Shown here in pieces: positions 1 through 15,915 of a stretch of DNA of 64,000 nt (position 1 is its first letter; every line of letters starts with the position of its first letter). Source of the DNA: Eledone cirrhosa. Lineage: Eukaryota. The stretch lies in assembly GCA_964016885.1 (NCBI GenBank), contig OZ024742.1, forward strand, positions 124,372,001 through 124,436,000, read 5' to 3'. Made by a program: the position numbers and the translations under genes. The notes under the pieces were generated by a model. The model searched no databases, had not been told where the DNA came from, and worked only from the letters and a program-made list of their open reading frames with translations.

Positions 1-309
1 TCAGGTCTATTGTGTTCCAGTTTTTTGTCCGTCTGTATCCTAAAATCCCACAGCACCTTCACCTGACTGTTCTCCATCACCGCCTCTGGCCTATGCTCAT
101 ACCATTTCTCAGAATGTGGTAGATTGTTTACTTTGCACAGGTGCCAGTGGATCACCCTGCCCATCACATCGTGTCTCCAGCCCTTATAGTGGGTCTGGGC
201 TAGGTGTTTACACTCGGACACAATGTGAGCCACAGTCTCCTCTCTCTCTCCACAGATCCTGCACAGTGGGCTAGCCTCCTCCTTGTAGATATGGTGCTTC
301 AACCACTTC

Positions 310-310
<1 letters not shown>
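1..310 (-). mobile_element. 5'-truncated R4/Dong-clade non-LTR retrotransposon (RLE domain), runs off the left edge
   Basis: Manual minus-strand translation is open: ...PLCRICGEREETVAHIVSEC...WRHDVMGRVIHWHLC...LWDFRIQTDKKLEHNRP. This has a CCHC knuckle, RHD and the start of the PD..D restriction-like endonuclease. The 5' break abuts (TAA)n. Confidence 0.9.
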
Positions 311-370
<60 letters not shown>

Positions 371-371
371 G
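311..371. repeat. (TTA)n microsatellite, target/tail between Dong elements
   Basis: Pure TTA triplets. Confidence 0.98.
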
Positions 372-3300
372 TATAGTTGCATGTATCTTGCTTTATGTTC
401 ATACGAGTTATCACCAAGTTACAACCTGTGACCCCAAGAGACAACAAGGTCCGCCATGTTCAAGAAAGAACATACATACACCCACATGCATCTTTAGGTG
501 TTTAGACTTGTGATGTACTTGTATTAACAGAATCTTCCTTAGTATATGGGCAGTTCCCATTGGTACTATCTTTTGTATTACTCCTATACGCGGGTTTCCT
601 GGGATAAGTAATCATTAGACCCCTTAGGTATCATTTCTAGAGCGCCTACAACCACTGGTATTGTTTTAGTTCTCAATTTCCAAATTTTTCCAATTTCTAT
701 CTCCAGGTCCTTATACATACTCAATTTTTCAAATGTTTTTATAGATACATTCTTGTCTATTGAAACGGACATATCAATTAGCAGGCATACCCTCTTTTTA
801 AAGTCCTTCAGTATCATATCCGGTCTATTTGCATCTACATTTCGGTCTGTTTGGATGCTAAAGATCCACAAGATTGAGATGTATTCTTTTTCAAGTACGG
901 GAGGTGTTTGATGCTCCCACAAATTCTTTTGATGGGGCAGGTCAAAATGCTTACACATTATCCAATGTATGTATTGTGCATCTCTGTCGTGCATGATTAG
1001 GTATTCGGTTCGAGCTATAGGACTGCACATTGAAATTATATGATCAATGGTATCTGGTTGTTTTTTACATACACGGCATAATTGGTTGCATCCATTTGTT
1101 ATTATGTTGGCTTGGTAATATTTTGTTGGCAGACACTCATCTTTTGCTGATATAATTAGTCCTTCAATCTCCGATTTCAGTGCAGAGGATGCCAACAACT
1201 GACGGGTTAAAGTTTTGTCAACATCAGGATTGTTAGCTCTTTCTGTGTGTTTTCCATACAGAGGCTTTTCTTGCCATTTCTTAGCCAGTTTCTGTAGCAG
1301 TTCTTTCTTTATAGTTACTTTTACCTGCTTTGCTTTTTCTCGGTTTTCCATTTAAGCAGTAAATGGGACTTCTGAAATTTGTAATCCATTACTGTATATT
1401 TGTGCATCTTTTGTAATGGAGTATGATCTTTTGAAGCTTTCGTGTTTCAAAACGAGTCTGATCATCCAATCATGTGATTCCCTTATATACGTAGATAATC
1501 CAATTGTTGGAGTTTTGAACGCAATATCTAACTGGATTAACCCACGTCCTCCTTCCCTTCCTGGGGAGATATATTCTATCTGCATCTGCCTTAGGGTGAT
1601 GCATTCTGTGCATGGTTAAAACTTTTCTAATGTTTGTATTGAGCCTACGGATCTCTGTGATTGAACAGTTGATGACATTGTAACTGTAGGTTACTACTGG
1701 TATGGCAAGCGTGTTTATGGCATCGATCCTGTTCCTTGCATTCAATTCCGTTCTAAAGATTACTCTTACTCTGCGGTAACATTCCTTCCTTATCATTTCC
1801 CTCATTGTCGAGTGCTTGATTCCGTCTCCTTCACAAATACCTAGATATTTATAAGTTTATTTGATCAAGTTCTCTTATCAAGATCAAGATTAACGTCTGA
1901 ACTTTTCTGCAACTTTCCTCTGGTTAACGTTGCTTTGGCGCATGTATCTGGCCCAAACTCCATTTTAATGTCATCACTGAACTGCTTCACAGTGGATAAT
2001 AGCCCTTGCAATTGCTCATCATTTTTTGCAAATAGTTTAGGGTCATCCACGTAGAACAATTGAAAAATCACCCTGAGTCACCCTGAAAAATTCCACAATT
2101 AATATTAACTTCTCCGGCTTCCAGCGATATTTTTCGCTATTCAAAAGGAGTGTTGTTTTCCATGTCTTCATACTGAATGACAGCAGGAACCTCCTGACAA
2201 CGCGAGATATTTTGAAATCTCTAAACATTTTTCAATCCAACGGTATGGCAAACTATAGAATGCTTTTTTGTAAACTATCCAAGTAATTGATAGATTTTCT
2301 TGTCTATTATGTATATATATTTTGTTAACGCTGATCTTGACAGCCACATGAGCCTCGTTTACACCCTTTCTGCTCATTGGGAAATAGTTCATTTGTTATC
2401 AGGTGATCATATGTATATTCAGTTAGGACTGATGTTAACATTTTATACATTGTGGTTAAGCAAGTTATCGGTCTGTAATTTTTGTGATTGTTTGTCTCAG
2501 CATTCTTCTGAAGCAGCAATGTAATGCCGTTAACTAGCCATGATGGTATATTTTCTGGCTCCTTAACCATTTCATTCTAAAGTTGGGCTAACAGCTTATG
2601 AAACTCTGTGAGAGCATTTCTCCAAACATTTGGTATTTTGTCTTTTCCTGGGGATTTCCATTTGCTGGTTTTTCTAAGAGTTCAACTGTTCAACTGATAT
2701 ATTTTCCCATATTTGTTTCTCAAGGTGAGCTGTATCTTTCATTTGTCTGTCTGTCCATGGGGCTTGTATATTATGAAGTTTTTCTTAGGCCCAGATCTTT
2801 TCCCAGAATTCTTGCACTTCCACCTTGGGTGGTATTGATTTAGCAGTTATTGTTGACTTGCCAATTTGTCTGTAGAAGTGTCGTTGTTTCTTTTTGAACA
2901 TATTATTGTCCTTATAGAATCTAGATGGTTTTTCAAAGCGCCTTATACGAGCAGTTTTGGCCGACACATTTGCTTGATTGTTTCTATCAGCATGTCTATG
3001 TTACTTGTTGATTTTATACTTTATTTTATTTTCAATTCTCTATGTTTAGTTTGTTTAACATGTTCACCTACTTTGTAGTTTGTTAAAATGTCAATGTCAG
3101 ATCGAAGAAGATTTATTTGGCGATTGCCTAGTAGGTTTCTCGTGGGAATTCCTTAGTTTTTTTCATTTTCACTCCACATATGTGAGTGGTGATATTAGCC
3201 GATGTATAATAGAGATGATTTAGATCAGTAATGTTTAGTTTGTTTGTGATGATAATGTTTTTGAGAATTATGTTAGTCTTGTGTATTACCCTTTGGTTCT

Positions 3301-4447
3301 GTTTGAAGTTATGGATCCTAGGGAGAGTGTCTCGTTCCCCCATGGCAGATTCATTGATTTTCATCAATTCGATCATAATTTCATTCTTCAAGTTGGCAAG
3401 TTCACTCTCATTCATTTCTTTATCATTTACGATCTCATTGTTTTCATTTTGAGTTTCATCTTTAGCATGCACTCCTTCCACTTTTTCGTTCCTTTCTTTA
3501 ATTTGTTCAGTGATTCCGCCTCAACTCTGGAATTCGAAGTGTTACAATTTACCTCGTTTTCACTGACACATGTTTCATTTTCCCTTCGCTGACTTTGTGC
3601 TAATTGCTTGATCTGATCAATTTCTATATCAGTTAGTAACATTTTCTTAACAATATTTCTTCGTATATTGGCTAGTTTGTTACTGTCAATATAGCCTCTT
3701 CTTTTCGGGATGTTTCTTTTTCCAGTTGATATATGTGTGTTCTGTATTCGATCTATTTGATGGGTAGTACATGGCAGTGTAGAAAGCCTCAAAGATTTCT
3801 TTATTGTCTTCCCTTGACCATGTTTCTCCCTTTCTCTTTGGATTTATTGGTGGTGAGCATGTAAGGCCAACAGTAGGAATGTTCCGGGTATGGGAGGTCT
3901 CCAGCTCCGAATTAATGGGAAGGATTGAACCATTAGCTGATTTTTCGACCCCAGTCTGGTTCCTCTCTGAGGGGCGCGGCCCTTTTGTACCCGGGTCACG
4001 GCCGATCCGGTATGAGATTTTATCATTTGACATTGGCTTTATTTTGTTGTTTTTATCCTTAAGGGGTAATCATTTCGTGTTACCACTCCTTGGGCGAGTG
4101 TCAACCAAAACTAGAGACAAAAACCCCCTAGAGACGCGGCTATTCCCCGACGGCCGCCATCCCGGTATTTCTTGATCACAGGGATTTCTTTTTGTTGTTG
4201 TTTTTTAATTGTTATTATCATGAGTGGCTCCTTAATGTGAGCACTGCGTGGCTTAAGCATGAAATTATTATTAATAATATAATATACTTGTTGTTGAAGT
4301 TGCCTGTTGTTGTTGGCTATGCCGGTGGTGGTGCTGGGGCTTTTTCTATTGTTGGTGGGGAAGGGTGGAGCCAGCAGTGCCACAGTCATTGAAGTTTGAC
4401 AGGGTCACTAAGTCATCTATTTATAACTTTTGCTAGCCTCTCCCTTG
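372..4447 (-). mobile_element. Full-length but decayed R4/Dong-clade non-LTR retrotransposon in (TAA)n
   Basis: (TAA)n on both sides. Single fragmented ORF with RT motifs (YRPITCL, QKGC..GS.GC.DQ, WIVYKKAFYS, FYVDD) and a C-terminal CCHC+RLE (CRVCK..DTIDHIISMC, RPD..D..K). Confidence 0.93.
520..4033 (-). pseudogene. RT-RLE polyprotein of the Dong element, multiple frameshifts/stops
   Basis: ORF pieces 3686-4033, 3128-3481, 2785-2967, 2325-2570, 1865-2071, 1470-1805, 1352-1585 and 584-1351 are collinear parts of one protein. The QGD-LSP region appears partly deleted. Confidence 0.9.
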
Positions 4448-4478
4448 TTATTATTATTATAATTATTATTATTATTAT

Positions 4479-4852
4479 TTCAAATTTCATTTGAAAAGGA
4501 AAATCAGGGTAGAGAGGGAAGTGCTCTCTTCCCAACATTTTGTTGAAAGATGGGTGAGAGAAGCAAGTATGGCCCGAATGAATGGGCCTACTCTGAGTAT
4601 GTGTCTGTAAATTAAAGGTGGAAAACTGGGAGAGGGCACTTGCCTGGTGGTCAGGGCCACTGTGGTCTTTTAATGGGCTTTCTCCACAAATGTCCCTCGG
4701 AAGTCTCCCCCCTATTGGGGAATTTTTCTTTGTTATTTTATTTCAACTTCCGTTTTTTACACGCAGAAATGCCCATTTGTACCGTCCTGTATTGTCCTGT
4801 ACTGTCCTTAATGTCTACTTTATATAAACCCTTGTGGTTAATAAAGAAAACA
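4479..4852 (+). mobile_element. 3' fragment of a Tx1/L1-clade LINE
   Basis: Translates FKFHLKRKIRVEREVLSSQHFVERW..MARMNGPTLSMCL*, homologous to the ORF2 end at 22102-22245. Followed by a 3'UTR, AATAAA and (TTA)n. Confidence 0.88.
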
Positions 4853-5154
<302 letters not shown>

Positions 5155-7129
5155 GATTTGTAAATATCGATTATTACTCGGCTATTGTTAAGAAGTAAAA
5201 ATTTTAATTCAGTTATAAATATTCCAACAGCAAAATAAAACTGCGATTATGTATCACAGGCTCCTGGCCAAGAAATAATAACAGTGAAAACTTTATTTTG
5301 AAGTATATCGTCTTATTGATAAGTGAAGTGTTGTCTGAAGTGGAAACACTGATATTTAAACTGGGGCATTAAACATCTTTCAGTGACATGGGCCATAGAT
5401 AAGCAGCCGTTGTGCACTAAGTCATCTAGTTCAAGTTTACTTTAACCTTGCTCCGATCGATATGTTGACATCTGTATCAATTCTGAACGGCTATTGCAAA
5501 GATCAATATTTGAATGACCTATTCCAATTGTCTTTAATACCTATCTTGATTGGTTAATAAGAGTGGCGTGTCAGTTATTGCATTATCGAATCGGACAGCT
5601 GATGTCACAGCTGCGAGATCATTTTGCATTGATCTTCCTCCATACTTCACTGCGAAACTTTAATTTGATAGATTTAAGCACATCATAACTACCGGCAATG
5701 CTGAAGTGATTGATTAAATATACGAACATTTGTTCCAAATACCTACCGGCAACGTATCATCATGTAAGAAAGACAAATTATCTTAGTGGTGTCAACAACG
5801 AATACAGACTAGATATGTTATATGTGTGATTCTTTTTGTTGATTTGTTTTCTATTCTATGTTGAACATTATACGTAACAGTCAGATGGTCTGCATAAAGC
5901 ATGTTATACTTGCATTCTTACTCCTTGGTGAGATTATATTTTTAATATCTTCTTATTTTCGGGGTATCTAAAACATTGTGGCGACAACGGGCAAAAGTTT
6001 CACTATATAATATTTCTATCTCCTAAATCCTGCGTTCGAATTCCTAAGAGATCGAATTTCTTGTTCGCTTAATACAATATTTCGCGTTGAATTAATTGAT
6101 TATATCACTCCTATACCATATTTGGCATTTTTACCTTTTTCCCAATCATTATTTCAACGTTGCAAATCATGAGATTTAAATGATTTAATATGTACGCATA
6201 CAAGGTAAAACCTATAATTACAAGGCAACTACACCCAATAAGTGATAAACATATAATCTACAATCTAGATAGACCAGTAGGCTGTACACTGCATTTAAGT
6301 ATCTATTTTTGTTCCAGAATTCAGTTGTCATGTTGTTGTTCGCAATTAGATTGTTAGGTAAATTTCTTTAATATAATCATTGATATGCGGTGTAGTTCGT
6401 GTTTTCATTTTGACTAGACCTAACTGAATTTGTGCTGAAATTTTCATTATGGCTGTGACGGGAGATTTTACCTCTTGACTGCGCTATCCTATAGTTATAA
6501 ATGATTTGGCTTCCCCTAATTTTTTTTAAATTCCCAATACCCAGTCTCACATTTGGTCCTCGGAATTCAAACACCTTCAATATATAGAGATAAGCTTGCT
6601 TCAAATTGCTATCTACAGTCGATAATAATATATTGGATTTAAACAATTTTGCAGATATTGTACCCGCTATTACAGATGAATAAAATAGAAATATCAGGGG
6701 TTTATTTTGTGATGTAAACGATGATCGATCCATACGTTTCTAGGTAATCATGGAAATAAACGGAAAACAAAGAATCGGAGAAAATAGGCATGTGTCTGCG
6801 AAGTATGAATTATTTAGAGTGTAGTTTGATGTCATGAGGAAATGAAATATTTCAATCTTCAAAGCGCATGCTCTATCAAGAGATATATTGTATCAACGTA
6901 TCTTCTTTTATGAAATTTTAGATAAGAAAATAAAATCTTTCATTTAGATGTTTAATACTTCATCATTAAGAAGCATATGTTCATTTACTATATTTCGGAA
7001 CAACTCAGCTGCTATTTTTGTTAGGGTATATCAAGATAAATTGTAAGTAATCTCTAAGTCAATTGAAAGTAGATGTTAATGTTTCAAGATACGGTGGATA
7101 CATTAATGGATTTGATATTACATGTATGA

Positions 7130-7179
<50 letters not shown>

Positions 7180-7494
7180 TCATATATATATATACATACA
7201 CAAACACACACACACACACACACACACGCGCGCACACACATAAACACCCACACCCACACATATATATATATATATACATATAGGTATGTATATTACAATC
7301 ATGTAAATGTGTATGTGTGTTGGAATATACGGAGACATGTATTTACGTATCGTCATTAACAATCTATCTCCTATGGTGTACTATCATAAGCGTTAACACT
7401 AATCACAATGACATGGATATAAACTGATTTACTTTGAAACTTTGCTCTCCCTGATTTATAATCGAGGTACTAATCATTAATCATGATAATGATT

Positions 7495-7700
7495 TGTATT
7501 ATAGGCACAAGACCAGCAATATTTGGATAGCGGAAAGCCGATTAAATCGACCCAGTGCATTAATAGTGGATTATTTTATCGACCCCGATGAAAGACAAAT
7601 TTAAACTTGGTGGGATTTGAAATCAGAAGTTAAAAGCCGTAACTCTATGCCGCGAAGGATGGTGCCCAACGATTTACCGTTACTGCTAATCCACTGAAAT
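7495..7700 (-). mobile_element. tRNA-derived SINE family 1, diverged copy
   Basis: Similar to 55907-56092 (ggcacaag.ccagca, ttttatcgacccc, ggtgggatttga). Confidence 0.75.
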
Positions 7701-9438
7701 ATTACTAGAAGTTGTAATAATAATGAAGTTATTGACAAAAGTAATGATCACTAAAATGATGATCAGTGTACAGAAGCAGAATGGTCTCCGACGGCTATAA
7801 CGTACTGACTTCTAATTAATACAACATGTGTCAAATTTGCGGGGAAGGAAATATATTGACCCCAGTTTTCTTCTTTATTTTGTCAACCTCGAAACAAATT
7901 GAGTAAATTTGAGCTAATCAGGATTAGATCTGATAATGTTACGTGCTAGAATAAATACTGCAATCCAACTCCTTCCAAGCATAGATCTTGATAATAATAT
8001 TTTTTTAAGGCAAGATAACCATCACTTGAATTGTATTATTATTAATACCAGTCATATCATTACGCACATATCCTAGAGATAATATTTTGGGTTCTATACC
8101 AATCTGTTTCTCACAAACTTGGAATTTATATTTCTCCCTATGCTGGCCACGACATTCATTATATATCATATTAGTATAATAAGAATGATGAGAAATAGAA
8201 TAAATATGATAATAAGTGATGTTGGTGTTGACATAGTGACATATTGATGTTGATGTTGACGATGATGACCCCTCTGTTTTACAGATTTTAATTGAACTAA
8301 AAATTGTTTTCTAATTAATTTTACGATTGTGTTTTGAATGTTTTATGTTTAATTTTATCTGTTATTTTCTACTATTGACTACATAATCTAGTCTAAGAAC
8401 CGCCGATGCAAAGTGCTATCTATTTATAAAGAAATAATTATTTAAAAGTCCAGGGTTTTAGCTTTATTAATATGTAGCATAATTTGTAACAATAATTTCA
8501 TCACTCTCTACACTTACCGATAACTACTGAATTATGTTAGATTTTAAATATTTCGAAAACACTCAATTGCAAACACCAGGAAGAACTTTCGCCTTCTACT
8601 AATAGAGTTTCGGACGAACATGTGTTTTCAGTAAAATTCTTAGGTCTGGATGAAATGTTAGATATGTTGAATGGTATTCAGTGTTTATATACAAAAAATT
8701 ACATATACTTAAAGATCATTCGAGACCACGTTAATAAAATTCTTAAAATCCATTCGTATAGTTCCAATATATTATTTCATGAATTATCATTGTAAAATAT
8801 GTCGATGTGAACAAGCTTCAAATTGTATTTTGTCTTGAACGTGAATTCTAGCTCCCCTTATCCAAATATTTCAAAGTTGTTTGGGGATAAAATTTGCTAA
8901 AATATTAAAACGATTTATTTTCTTTACAATAACTGATATTTTTTCTTGTATATACAAAATACAACATAATTAACTCAACTGATTTTTCTCTTGTGTTTCT
9001 TACTTGTGTCTAATCTATTTTTCTGGCTAAATCTTCGTGATGATATATATTTATGTAGAATAATAACTTGGCTAAATTACAATGTTTGAAAGACAGCAAC
9101 TTATTTACTGCATTCCCCAAATACACTTGTCAATGTTGTTTTAACGTCATATTTTGTTTGTTTTTCTTTCTGAAGCAAACATTTTATAAATTGATGTCTA
9201 CATTTTGCCTTTTCACCGGTTTTTCTATGGACAGACTGGTTTCAGAGTACGTACATTATTTTATATTTTACATATTGTTAATAAATAAGTTGTTTCATTA
9301 CTATTGCATAGTCATAACTAGATGAACCTACACATATGCACACACACATACAAAACTGTAAACACTAACACACAAGTATATGTATGTATGTATATATATT
9401 TATACAAAAATATCTACATGAATATATATATGTACATG

Positions 9439-9473
<35 letters not shown>

Positions 9474-9563
9474 TTGTGGGTGTGTGGGTTTGGGTGTGTG
9501 TGTGTACGTGTGTGTGTTTATGATTTATGTACATATATCTATCTATCTACATATATATATGTA

Positions 9564-9659
<96 letters not shown>

Positions 9660-10365
9660 AATGTTAATTGCTTTGTGAGATGTTGATATTTATAATACCT
9701 TTATTCATGATCAGCCGTAATACATATTTCTGTGTTGTTCGCGTGTACTCGATGTGGTGATCACACAACAGCCAACGCCATTTCTTCATACAACATCTTA
9801 GATAATAAGGTTGAGAGACACGATAATGGAAACAACCATGTCCGTTCCCTCGTTCATTGTTTCTATCGCATTAGGGATATGAGGACCCTCTTGCATAAGA
9901 TGATGTCTGATGACGTCGCATCGGTGGTTGTTTGAACATAGCATTGCATAATCATGAGGGCCGCAGAAATATATATTATGGTTGATTATGAAAAAATGAA
10001 TTAAGAATATCAACATCTGATCTTCACAATTATCATTATTGTACGTATAGTCCCTCATGTCTTATGTGTAAACACATCTTATTTGGAAGGACACACATGG
10101 CATCGAACGCTTAAATATAAATGCATCGTCGTTTACTGATTAGTGTATTGGTTACACGACTTTGATTAATCAACATTTTGTAACAAAAGTGTATATATAT
10201 ATATTTCCATATATGTATGTATGTACGCAGTTATTTATGTATGCATGTATGTATGCTTGTATGTATGCTTGTATGTATGTTGTATGTATGTATGTATGTA
10301 TGTATGTATGTATGTATGTATGTATGTATGTATGTATGCATGAATGTATGTATATATATATATAT

Positions 10366-10430
<65 letters not shown>

Positions 10431-11280
10431 TTATTAGATAGATATATTATATATAATGAGATCGACAGCACTCTTATTTCAACGGAGTTTCATTCATAGA
10501 TTCTCTCTAGAATAGTGATTGGTATACAACGTTAAGCAAGTGGTCCACGCATTTTGCAGGGGAAATGTTTTTTGCATTAAACAATAGAGTAGGTCATAAA
10601 TCAGCCGCTTTGTTACCCACACATCTAAATAAGAAATGTTTATGTTTTTCATCATTTCTTTTTAGGGCCTCGTGGAATTCTGTAATATATCAGAAGATAT
10701 TATATCCATATGTGCAATTGAACCGTTCCTATAAGTTACTATTTGGCAGGCGATCGACATTCTCCTTTCTGGAAAGCCTGTATCCTTGTAATATTGTGTA
10801 TCATGTTGTAGGTAAATGAAAACATTGAGGATGTTTCTTATCGGAATGCCTTTCAACCACTGCTCACTGAATATCCAAATGAATTGTGACTCAGAAATAT
10901 TTTACTGAATGGGCAAATATGTAGCTTGATATGCAGCTACATCCTAAACACCTCGAATCCATCGCGTATGGTTATAGTTGCATTGTATAAGGAATTATCA
11001 TGATCATTTGAATGGATATATCGACGGATGTCAAATACGCAATTGCATTGATAAGATGTTGATTAATTGCTGGAGGAGTTGTTGCTTTGGAAAATAACGA
11101 TGCCATGACAGTAATAACTGTCTTTGTGCTGTTTGAGGAGCTTATGATATTTATTGAGGCGTAGATATTTTGCTTTATTAGTATTAGGATACTCCTGTTT
11201 GATCGAAAGTAATTATATTTGTCTAAATCAAAATACTCTAAAACCTGCTTTATTCATCATCATTCAACCTATGTCACAAT

Positions 11281-11538
11281 TTGACTCCAAGTCACTGAGT
11301 TTCAGAAGATCCCTTTAAGGGTGAAAACAGCGATTATTTGCTTAAACTTTAATCTGTTATTTTAATAAATATTTGCCCTACGGTTCTTATATATTTGATA
11401 TATATTTGTCCTTATCGAGCCTTCTTTGGACTTTAGTCTTCAAATTTATTATTATTACTATATAGTAATAATAATAACTGTTAAGACTAAAATCCAAAGA
11501 GGGTTCGATAAGGATAAATATATATCAAATATATAAGC

Positions 11539-11543
<5 letters not shown>
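11281..11543 (+). mobile_element. PLE-type terminal-repeat remnant, family a, with inverted arm
   Basis: 11384-11460 is inverted at 11465-11539. Same family as 36497-37125; adjacent to (TA)n. Confidence 0.65.
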
Positions 11544-11628
<85 letters not shown>

Positions 11629-11630
11629 TA

Positions 11631-12171
<541 letters not shown>

Positions 12172-12837
12172 CGAGATATATACATATATATATATAGAGA
12201 GAGAGGGAGAAAGAAAGAGAGAATAATAATACTAATTTGATTGTTAATTGTAAAATATCTTCCATAGCTCATTATGTGATTTCTCAATGATTATTTTTGC
12301 TTATATTTGTTGAAACACCCGGTTACTAAGGTTGCCGATTAATGGATTATTTCCTCACCTAATAATAATCTAAAGAGAATAATTACTGTATAGAAATGAA
12401 GGAATACGACGGTTGCAGCCTGGGGGTGTCCGTTTTCTCTATATCCTGATTGGATCACTGGTTGATTTAACGGGAGGTGATGACATGGCTGGAAGTAGTT
12501 GCATTATATAGCTCATAATTGAATCTGAAGACGATTATAAGTGCACGGTATATATGTATCCTTGATTTTGCGGTTGGTTTGTTTTAATATAGATGCATTA
12601 AAGTTTAAGTTAAGGTAATCAACAGTCTTAATTAAAATATACACCGAATTATGCAAACTAATCAGGCTAGGAAACCCAGTGGCACAATGTTATTCGCGTG
12701 TTCGATTTATAAGTTAGATTTGTTTATATACAGACCGTTTTCTTTGTTCTTCTTGTTTAGCTTGCGATACATACACACGTACATTCATCCACACAAACAC
12801 CCCCAAAACTCACATCTTCATATGCACACATACACTC

Positions 12838-12879
<42 letters not shown>

Positions 12880-13111
12880 AGGAGTTGACGGACCCACCAT
12901 ATTTATCAATGCCATGATCATATATGTGTATGATTTATCTTAATATAGAAATATATTCTACATGACTAGAAAGTCCTGATGATTTCTTCCAATGAAACAT
13001 TTCTAGTCCTGTAGACTTTTTATCTACAGTGGAATAAATAAGCCTATACATTACTAATATAATGATAACTATTTTAACTTCGGCCATCTCTATATATAAC
13101 GACATTCCACC

Positions 13112-13167
<56 letters not shown>

Positions 13168-13608
13168 TTAAGTAAGTAGTATACAGTGATAATACACATT
13201 CGCTTCTGTCAGAATCTGTTTACTGGTTAAAACCTAATTGACCGTGATAGATGATCAAGCCCCATGTTGGTTGAGATAACATGTCGGTAAACCTATATGT
13301 TTTTGAGTGTGAGTGTTGTGTTGAATCAGAATGTATATATTTCATTCTATCTTTCTCCAATTTAATATTCTGTCACGATCCTCCGTCTAGACAACATGTT
13401 AAAGTATCCCACAATTACATAAATATTAGCGTTGACAGATCTGTATTACCTACCAGCAGCATTGAATATAGACACAAAGCCAGACACTTGCATATTGTAC
13501 TTACATCTAAATATATAAATATATACTTAAACCTCAGTCCCCACTTTCTCATTCTCTCCATCACTCTCTCTATCTCTCACTGTGCATATGTATGTATGTA
13601 TGTTTATA

Positions 13609-13646
13609 TATGGTCCATCTGGTTCCTTACCACATTTCCTTCGTTA
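13609..13646 (+). repeat. 3' tip of repeat family b
   Basis: tggtccatctggttccttaccacatttccttcgtta, also at 15026-15061 and 38371-38406. Confidence 0.8.
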
Positions 13647-13688
13647 TATATATATATATATATACTGTATATATATATATATATATTT

Positions 13689-13734
<46 letters not shown>

Positions 13735-14195
13735 GTATATACACATAAATATATATATATATGTGTGTATGTGTGTATGTGTGTGTGTATGTGTATATAT
13801 GAGTGGCTGCACTTGTGTCTATGTGTGTTTCTACGCATGCGTCTGTATGCCTAGCTATATCTAAATATGTAACAATGTTAGCACATGCGAATTGGTCGAT
13901 AGATTCGAGAGAGATACAGGAAAAAATAGATAATTCCTTTCAAAATTTATGTAACCTCTTGAAAGTGTTTTTATTGTATATACGACATTAAATCAGACCT
14001 GAGGACATTGGCACTCACTGGAGAATATATACTGTCGATGTGTTGCTTTTTGTCTACATATATATAAAAAAGTTTTGAGAAATGCATATATATATATTAC
14101 TATGATACCTTTTCATGTATTACCTTACATAATCTCTAGCAATAACACAAATGCAATAACGGTTCCCAAAATATACAAAAATATATACACACAGG

Positions 14196-14233
<38 letters not shown>

Positions 14234-14238
<5 letters not shown>

Positions 14239-14430
14239 AAAGAGCCAGGAACCCGACGGCTGAGCTCCGGCTGTTTCGACAGCTAAATCCGAAAGAGTTC
14301 GGATCGAGCTGTCCAAACGGCCAAAACAGACGTCAGTGTCCTGACTCTTTTTCTATTACCCACTCTACTACACTAAGTATCGAGTACTCTGGGACCTAAT
14401 GGTCTACCTGGTTTCTTACCACACTTTAAT
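14234..14430 (+). mobile_element. Family b variant: imperfect hairpin plus 3' tail, in (TA)n
   Basis: 14234-14293 pairs with 14298-14355; tail similar to 38327-38400. Confidence 0.7.
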
Positions 14431-14445
14431 TGTTATATATATATG

Positions 14446-14535
<90 letters not shown>

Positions 14536-14610
14536 AATATAATATATATATATAATTGAATACTTAGTAAAGTCGAATCTCTGGCGGTGTGTAAGCAAAT
14601 TCGGCCTGCT

Positions 14611-14717
<107 letters not shown>

Positions 14718-14936
14718 CCTATATTTATATGTATATATAAATATATATATATATTTATACCTATATACGTGGGAATGTAACATTGTGCACTTTAGCATGT
14801 GCATCTGTGTGCGTAAACATATGCATAAATGTATCGAGGCATCTCCCTCTCTATCTCTCTCTTTCTCTTTCTCTATTTCTCTCTATCTCTCTTTCACTCT
14901 CTCTCTCGTTGTCTGTCTCTCTCTATATATTTATAT

Positions 14937-15058
14937 GTCGAAACAGCTTGAGCTCAGCTGTCGGGGTCTTACTGGTTCCTATTACCCACTCTACTACCTC
15001 AAGTATTGAGTACTTTGGTGCGTTATGGTCCACCTGGTTCCTTACCACATTTCCTTCG

Positions 15059-15062
<4 letters not shown>
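14937..15062 (+). mobile_element. Family b 3' end
   Basis: Near-identical to 38282-38406. Confidence 0.85.
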
Positions 15063-15102
<40 letters not shown>

Positions 15103-15442
15103 TGTATATAATTATATATATACATACTGTATATATATACTGTATATATATATGTATGTATGTGTATGTTTCTGTGTATCTGCGTGTGTGTATATATGTG
15201 TGTGGCGGTGTTGTTCGTAGAATATTTGTTTACGGGTGTTCCAGTGGTGGAAGTATATCTTTAAGGAAAACAGACAGATTAATATACGGCACTCACGACC
15301 GTCTCACTCACATACTAGTGCACTGTGCGGAACAAGAACACATTTTACTTTGTATTCTACAACATAAATTATCCACATGAATATGAGAGCAGCCATAAGC
15401 TCATTTTCTTCGAAAATAAGGCAATGGCAGACTAATTATCAA

Positions 15443-15915
15443 CATCTTCTTCTTCTTCTTCTTCTTCTTCTTCTTCTTCTTCTTCTTCTTCTTCTTCTTC
15501 TTCTTCTTCTTCTTCTTGGGAGAGTCATGTCGGTAGATACTCAAACACTCGTTCTAGCTGTTTCCCCCAGAAGCCTTCTCCGATTTATTCCTGGGAATGT
15601 CATGAATGCAGAATTCTGGAGTACGCTTTTCAGCAAGTCTTGTTAGAGGCAATTGTCTCCAATTGATCCGGCTGGGTCCCCAAGCTGATCAGACGAGCTC
15701 ATGGATGTTATCCATCTGTCTTACTCTGGGTTTGACATTGGTTCTCCTGCCGGCTGGTTTTGCCCATAGAAAACTCTTGAAGCGATTCTCTTCCGAAAGA
15801 TTATAAACCACGCGACTATTGTGACGGAGCTGTGATCTATCAATTCGGAGTAGTCGCGGCTCAGTCTGGAGCAACTGCCTAATCTCAGAAATTAAATTAG
15901 TACATACAGACAATT
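15443..15915 (-). mobile_element. 5'-truncated RTE-clade LINE with a (GAA)n tail
   Basis: EIRQLLQTEPRLLRIDRSQLRH...AKPAGRR..KPRVR resembles an RTE ORF C-terminus. (CTT)n at 15443-15517 is the tail. Confidence 0.75.

Noticed and set aside
4034-4447. HDV-like ribozyme in the Dong 5'UTR
   Set aside because: A GC-rich patch exists near 4130-4165 but I could not build the nested double pseudoknot by eye; needs a descriptor search
6377-6733. 118-aa ORF as a host gene
   Set aside because: No recognisable motif or splice context
10450-11280. Possible decayed RT region
   Set aside because: No catalytic motif could be recovered
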